A stretch of 21,790 bases of DNA, from NCBI GenBank assembly GCA_964448115.1, contig CAYUVA010000016.1, positions 62,001 through 83,790 on the forward strand, read 5' to 3'. The stretch comes from an uncultured bacterium (GTDB taxonomy: Bacteria; CAYUVA01). Shown piece by piece: positions 16,667-21,790 of the stretch. Position 1 is the first letter of the stretch. Each line of letters starts with the position of its first letter. The translations under genes were made by a program, and so were the position numbers. The notes beneath the pieces are model-generated. The model saw only the letters and a list, made by a program, of their open reading frames with translations, searched no databases and was not told the origin of the DNA.

Positions 16667-19600
16667 TTACTCGTCCACCACCAGGAATGGCCAGGGCTTA
16701 CTAGCCAGCATATCTGTGCTAGTCGCGATGAGTTCCAACGGTACCAGCATCGGTGTTAATCCACCCTGCAATGCAGCGGTGAATCCCCAGAAGCCGTCAT
16801 CAACGCCGAAGTCTCCGTGAGCACCGTCATCATATAACAGGATTCCAGTGGGTCCCATGTAGTAGATCTCTACGCTACCCACAATGATGTACTGGTCATC
16901 GGGAGCATAAGCAAGTAGTATCAGGTTACCGCCTGCGCTAGCCGTGAGCCTTGTATCCCAATACCCTCCGATCAGTATGGATGGATAATGGGCAGGCACT
17001 GTCGGCGTAGCCGTTACTGTAATCGTAGGTGTCGGACTTGGAATCTCGGTTTCTGTTGGGGTTGGCGTTGCAGTAGGCTCAACGGTGGGGGTTAAGGTCG
17101 GTGATGCGCTGGGTGCTTCAGTGTTGGTGGGAGTGAAGGTTGGAGTCTTGCTGGGAATTGGAGTATTGGTCGGCACATCGGTAAATGTTGATGTTGCCGA
17201 AGGTGTTACCGTCGGGGTGGAGGTATCCGGTGGCGTATCTGTAACCGTTGGCGTAAAGGTCGGAGTTACCGTACTGGTTGGTGTCCTGGTCGGGGTAAGG
17301 GTCCGGGTGTTGGTCGGGGTTATCGTATCGGTCGCTGTCGGAACCAAGGTGGGAGTATTTGTATAAGTCGGCGTTTGTGTCCAGGTCTCTGTGGGTACGA
17401 GTGTCATGGTCGATGTCGGCGTAACTGTTGGCGTATTAGTCGGCGTGTAAAAGATCTCCTCGTACTCGACCCAGATCTCATAATAATAATTCTCGCCGTA
17501 ATTTCCCGCTTGCTGCTCTTTAACCATCAAGTAATAAGTATCATTGCGATCAAACTCGTAGTCGATCCGGGAGTTAGGCTCCTCATCATAGTCTGCGTTT
17601 TCAGCCAGCTTGGTGGTTCCATCGCTGTCATACAAGTATAAGTAAGTATCGCATAGAGATCCCAAGTTATCGGTCTGTATGGTGTAAAGTCTTTGCACTT
17701 GTCCGCTGAACCTCATCCAGTCTCGATCCAACGCATTGCATATATAGTGTAGCTGCGCGGTACCGTCGGTAAGGATCTCCTTGGCAGTTGCGAAAGAGTC
17801 ATCCGGTTCATAGATATCGACATCCGAGCATGGCGTTTGAGTCGGAGTATTGGTTACAGTTGGGGTTAAGGTGGGAGTCAAGCTCGGAGTTCTGCTTGGG
17901 GTCATCGATGGCGTCATACTGGGTGTCTTGGTAGGGGTGAATGTATTGGCTGTGGTCGGTGTTATCGTCGGTGTTGCAGTCGGGACCAGGGTCGGAGTCG
18001 CGCTCGGAGTAACTGTCGGCACACCGGTAAAGGTATTAGTTGGAGTTACCGTCATGGTTGGAGTGCGAGATGGCGACATGGTTGGAGTCAAGGTCGGTGT
18101 GCCGGTCTTGGTTGGCGTCCAGGTCGGAAGGAAGGTCATGGTCGATGTCGGCGTCAAGGTTGGGCTTCGAGTCATGGTTGAAGTGGGGGTTCTGGTCGGA
18201 GTGCGCGTATTGGTCGGCGTCGGGGAAGGTGTTGATGAGGGAGTACTGGTCGGTGTGTGGAAGATCACCTGGATGTCATAATAGGCATCGTTGCCCCAGC
18301 CACCTGCCTCATCAATGATCTTAATATAGTAAGTATCATCACTAGGCATAGAATAACTGATCAGAGATTCCGGTCCACCCTCAAAATCACTATTCTCCGC
18401 AAGAAGGTCCATTGAGGAGTTATACAAGTACAGATATGTATCCGCTTCAGAGCCAAGATTGCTAGTCCATATAATATAACTTATATCGGCAAAGCCGCTG
18501 AACTTATGCCAATCCTGATCATTATCGTTACAGAAATAATGTAGATAAGATACCCCAATAGTCAATATCGGCTTTGCAGTTGAACTATCATTGTCCGGCT
18601 CGAACAGATCAACCTCAACACAGGCTGTGTTGGTGGGGGTCATGGTCGGTGTTGATGATGGAATGGCGGTATCTGTAGCGGTCAGGGTTGGGGTTAAAGT
18701 AGGCGAGCTTGTCCCGGTTGCGGTCGGAGTCAGGCTCGGTGTCAGCGATGGCGTGCTAGTGGGGATATCGGTTATAGTAGGTGAAACGGTCGGCGTAAGG
18801 CTAGGCGTAAGTGTGGGAGTGAATGTCGAGGTGCTGGTTGGGGTGCTGGTCGATGTCATGGTGGGTGTATCAGAAGGCGTGCTGGTCGGAGTTACAGATG
18901 GAATCTGCGTGCTGGTATTCGTAGGAGTTAAGGTGGGAACATCGGTCGGCGTGTTAGTATATGTTGGCGTCAATGTCGGCGTATTACTTGGTGTCCAGCT
19001 CGGTTCGCCGCTAGGTGTGGGCGACAAGGTAGGAGTGTTAGTAGGCACGCCGGTATTAGTTGCAGTTGGAGTTAAGGTCGGCGTCAATGATGGGGTATCC
19101 GTGGGCAGGGAAGTCGATGTAACCGTCGGTGTTATTGTCGCAGTCGAGGTCGGTATATCGGTTGCAGTACTGGTTGGGGTACCGGTAGGCAGATCGGTCG
19201 CTGTATTGGTCGGGGTGTAGGTGGGTATCGCCGTTGAGGTATTGGTCGGGGTTGAGCTGGGAAGCGTGGTGGCAGTATTGGTCGGCGTTAGCGTCGGAGA
19301 ATTGGTCGGTGTAGGCGAGATGGTTGGTGTATCCGATGGCGTATAGGTCGCCATCCCCGATGGAGTTACTGTCGGTGTATCTGTTGGGGTCGGTGTGCTG
19401 GTAAAAGTGTAAGATGGAGTCGATGATGGCGTACTTGTCGGAGTGATGGTAGGCAAGGTAGTTGGCTCCATAGTCGGTGTGGGGGTCATCGTTGGTGTCT
19501 CGCTCGGTAGCGGCGTTATGGTAGGCGTGTCTGTGGCGGTCATTGTAGGTGTATTAGTAATAGTCGGCGTGTTGGTTGGGGTCGGGGTATAATATAGATT

Positions 19601-21790
19601 CTGCTCGTCTGCTCCAATATCGATCTCCCCGTAAGTTCTTGGTTCGTAATCATAATCATCATTCGGTGCATAGGTATCCCCAGCGGCATCTATACAACAC
19701 GAGTCGGAAAGGATGTGATAATCGCTGTTTGGTACATCGACAAACCTGGGATCGCAGGAGATATTCCCCGCTGAACCGATAAGCGTGGGATTGCTCTCGT
19801 TGAGATCGCAGTATTTTACATAGGTTGTACTAATATAACTCCCATCGAGATCGTCATATATGGGACCACCTTGGACTACGATATTATGCCAATAGATGTT
19901 GTTGAAGGCGTTTACAGCAGAGGAATGGTATCCACCAGCTCCATATAAATCCGCCTCGTTATAGGCAATGGTGTTGTTGACCATATATACATTTCCACCA
20001 GAATAGGCATAAATTCCACCACCGCGGTTGCTGACCGTGTTCTCCACCAGGAAGTTGTTTCGCACCATCACCCTTGCATTGTTAAAGGCTAGCGCTCCCC
20101 CTCGATTAGCGAAATTGCCAGCGAAATAGTTGTATTCAATGCGAGGATAAAGATCTGGATTGTCCCCCATCACAAAGGATAGATAAACAGCCCCTCCATC
20201 CATGTTGGTTGTGTTATTGATGATGATATTGTTCTTTATATCAAATGAAACAAACTCACCTTTGATGCCTCCGCCGTAGTTTGGCGAGTTTCCACCGGTT
20301 ACCAAGAAACCATCGATATGTGCGCCTTCTGCGCCGATTATAACCGAGTCACTCCCGCTACCCTGCAGAACGCTTGTATAACCGCGTGGATCTCTCGTCC
20401 ATCCCGGATACTCATAGCCCCCATAAATGGGAACATTCATCTTCATCAGGTAGTCTCCATAATAAAGACCGTTAGCTACCCTGATGGTATGATTCATATC
20501 CGATCTTGCGGTATCTAACGCCTCATGCAGGCTCCTAAATGGCTTGGAAGCGGTGCCATCCGAATCGCCTCCCGTGTATCCAGCATAGACATAAATATCG
20601 CTCCACGCCGGATAAGATGTGGGGGTGCCAGTGGCGGTCGGTGTCCAGGTTGCAGTCGGCGTGCCGGTTGATGTGGGAGTATTAGAGGCTGTAAAAGTGG
20701 GAAGGAAGGTCGGCGAATTTGTGGGCGTGGTAGTCGGGTTCAAGGTCGGTGTTGCTGTTGGTGTGTGGGTATCGGTTGAGGTAGGCGTATAGCTTGGGGT
20801 TACGCTTGGAGTCATGGTGTTGGTCGGGGTAAAGCTCGGAGTCATCGATGGCGTCCCAGTAGGCGTTGTGCTTGGAAGATCGGTACTGGTTGGGGTGTTA
20901 GTCGGGGTTAGAGATGGTGTTCCGCTTGGAGTCATGGTCGGAGTATAGCTCGGAGTATGGGTCGGGGTGAGCGATGGAGTTTCAGTCGGAGATGTAGTAG
21001 GTGTGCCGGACGGTATATCGGTGGCTGTCGGGGTATTGCTAGGAGTCATGCTGGGAGTTAAAGACGGAGTTTGTGTGGGCGTATTTGTTGGCACATTGGT
21101 ATCCGTTGGCGTTGCACTGGGCGTCATGGACGGTAATTGTGATGGTGTCATGGTCGGAGTAGTGCTTGGCATTCCGGTGGCTGTGGCGGTCATTGTAGGA
21201 GTAAGGCTCGGAGTTAGCGTAGGTGTGGCACTGGGAGTGCTGGTGGGAGTATGTGTTGGCGTCCCGCTTGGAGTCTCCGATGGAGTTTTGGTTGGAGTTA
21301 GACTTGGTGTTTGGGTTGGTGTAAGCGTCGGTGTATCAGTCGCTGTTGGTGTCAAAGAAGGTGTACTGGTGGGAGTGTTGGTCGGGGTGATCGATGGGGT
21401 TAAAGAGGGCGTTGAGCTAGGTGTAATAGTCGGCGTAACCGTTGGTGTTGGTGTCGGCGTAGGGGGCGGTGACAAGCCGATAGCCTCATCAGCGCCAACA
21501 TCGACCTCACCGGTGGCGTTCTCCCTGGTCTCTCGATCATAATCGAGAATCGGTCCTGAACTCAGATAATCAATACATGGAGAATGATTTCCCAGATGGT
21601 AATCCCATCCATCTCGATTCTGAAAAACCGGGTAATCCTTGAAGTTTCCGGTTCCTGCTTCTACATCCACTGTTTCGTTGAGATCCGAGTCGTCCATTGT
21701 GTAATTATAAAGATTATCGATATTTCCCCAGACGATATTCCCGGTTGATGAGATCCCCGAACCAACGCTTGATCTATCTACCCCGCCATA
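16667..21790 (-). CDS. Very large Pro/Thr-rich surface protein (5'-truncated): beta-helix/choice-of-anchor-Q-like modules, two PPC-like domains, C-terminal GYWDT domain
   Basis: Frame stays open from 21697 to the window edge (YGGVDRSSVGSGISSTGNIVWGNIDNLYNYT precedes the listed Met). Beta-helix module 19601-20605 (DGTASKPF.., GGAV/GGGI repeats, DYHILSDSCCIDA..DIGADE). PPC-like domains at 18260-18622 and 17465-17830. Confidence 0.9.
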   Translation of the reverse strand, partial: YGGVDRSSVGSGISSTGNIVWGNIDNLYNYTMDDSDLNETVDVEAGTGNFKDYPVFQNRDGWDYHLGNHSPCIDYLSSGPILDYDRETRENATGEVDVGADEAIGLSPPPTPTPTPTVTPTITPSSTPSLTPSITPTNTPTSTPSLTPTATDTPTLTPTQTPSLTPTKTPSETPSGTPTHTPTSTPSATPTLTPSLTPTMTATATGMPSTTPTMTPSQLPSMTPSATPTDTNVPTNTPTQTPSLTPSMTPSNTPTATDIPSGTPTTSPTETPSLTPTHTPSYTPTMTPSGTPSLTPTNTPTSTDLPSTTPTGTPSMTPSFTPTNTMTPSVTPSYTPTSTDTHTPTATPTLNPTTTPTNSPTFLPTFTASNTPTSTGTPTATWTPTATGTPTSYPAWSDIYVYAGYTGGDSDGTASKPFRSLHEALDTARSDMNHTIRVANGLYYGDYLMKMNVPIYGGYEYPGWTRDPRGYTSVLQGSGSDSVIIGAEGAHIDGFLVTGGNSPNYGGGIKGEFVSFDIKNNIIINNTTNMDGGAVYLSFVMGDNPDLYPRIEYNYFAGNFANRGGALAFNNARVMVRNNFLVENTVSNRGGGIYAYSGGNVYMVNNTIAYNEADLYGAGGYHSSAVNAFNNIYWHNIVVQGGPIYDDLDGSYISTTYVKYCDLNESNPTLIGSAGNISCDPRFVDVPNSDYHILSDSCCIDAAGDTYAPNDDYDYEPRTYGEIDIGADEQNLYYTPTPTNTPTITNTPTMTATDTPTITPLPSETPTMTPTPTMEPTTLPTITPTSTPSSTPSYTFTSTPTPTDTPTVTPSGMATYTPSDTPTISPTPTNSPTLTPTNTATTLPSSTPTNTSTAIPTYTPTNTATDLPTGTPTSTATDIPTSTATITPTVTSTSLPTDTPSLTPTLTPTATNTGVPTNTPTLSPTPSGEPSWTPSNTPTLTPTYTNTPTDVPTLTPTNTSTQIPSVTPTSTPSDTPTMTSTSTPTSTSTFTPTLTPSLTPTVSPTITDIPTSTPSLTPSLTPTATGTSSPTLTPTLTATDTAIPSSTPTMTPTNTACVEVDLFEPDNDSSTAKPILTIGVSYLHYFCNDNDQDWHKFSGFADISYIIWTSNLGSEADTYLYLYNSSMDLLAENSDFEGGPESLISYSMPSDDTYYIKIIDEAGGWGNDAYYDIQVIFHTPTSTPSSTPSPTPTNTRTPTRTPTSTMTRSPTLTPTSTMTFLPTWTPTKTGTPTLTPTMSPSRTPTMTVTPTNTFTGVPTVTPSATPTLVPTATPTITPTTANTFTPTKTPSMTPSMTPSRTPSLTPTLTPTVTNTPTQTPCSDVDIYEPDDSFATAKEILTDGTAQLHYICNALDRDWMRFSGQVQRLYTIQTDNLGSLCDTYLYLYDSDGTTKLAENADYDEEPNSRIDYEFDRNDTYYLMVKEQQAGNYGENYYYEIWVEYEEIFYTPTNTPTVTPTSTMTLVPTETWTQTPTYTNTPTLVPTATDTITPTNTRTLTPTRTPTSTVTPTFTPTVTDTPPDTSTPTVTPSATSTFTDVPTNTPIPSKTPTFTPTNTEAPSASPTLTPTVEPTATPTPTETEIPSPTPTITVTATPTVPAHYPSILIGGYWDTRLTASAGGNLILLAYAPDDQYIIVGSVEIYYMGPTGILLYDDGAHGDFGVDDGFWGFTAALQGGLTPMLVPLELIATSTDMLASKPWPFLVVDE
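16995..21470 (-). repeat. Four low-complexity (T-P-[T/S]-x)n linker tracts
   Basis: Approximately 20611-21470, 18625-19590, 17835-18255 and 16995-17447; 2/4-residue periodicity with mixed codons. Confidence 0.9.
17465..18622 (-). repeat. Duplicated ~120-aa PPC-like domain
   Basis: Both copies share CxxVDx[FY]EPD..TAKxIL..LHYxCN..DxDW..FSG..NLGSxxDTYLYLY..LAENxD..DTYY. Confidence 0.85.

Noticed and set aside
17085-21542. Val/Gly-rich + strand ORFs (17085-17366, 17850-18281, 18591-19220, 20967-21542)
   Set aside because: Antisense shadows of Thr/Pro codons (ACN/CCN) in the giant - strand gene.

Overview
Bacterial chromosomal window, probably from a diderm, poorly sampled lineage (inferred from a TonB-C protein and a myxobacterial-type kinase fold). 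The + strand carries rho (consensus sigma70 promoter, ~310-nt leader), a 790-aa secreted papain-fold protease, an orphan ABC solute-binding lipoprotein, selB, a DAGK-family lipid kinase, a pseudo-receiver/pseudokinase/TM/TonB-C protein, a hexapeptide acyltransferase, pncB and an EndoQ(PHP)-UvrD fusion. It converges on a >1700-aa Pro/Thr-rich surface protein on the - strand that runs off the window end. No RNA genes, CRISPR arrays or mobile elements were recognised. Three observations stand out. (1) In the protease, an FN3-like domain is split and permuted: its first 22 residues form the extreme C-terminus and its body sits mid-protein, suggesting donor-strand complementation. (2) A ~105-aa 'GYWDT...WP[YF]LxV' domain is shared by the two otherwise unrelated exported proteins and is a candidate lineage-specific sorting/anchoring domain. 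(3) The TonB-C protein has lost the catalytic residues of both its receiver and kinase domains. All family calls come from motif recognition by eye; no searches were run.
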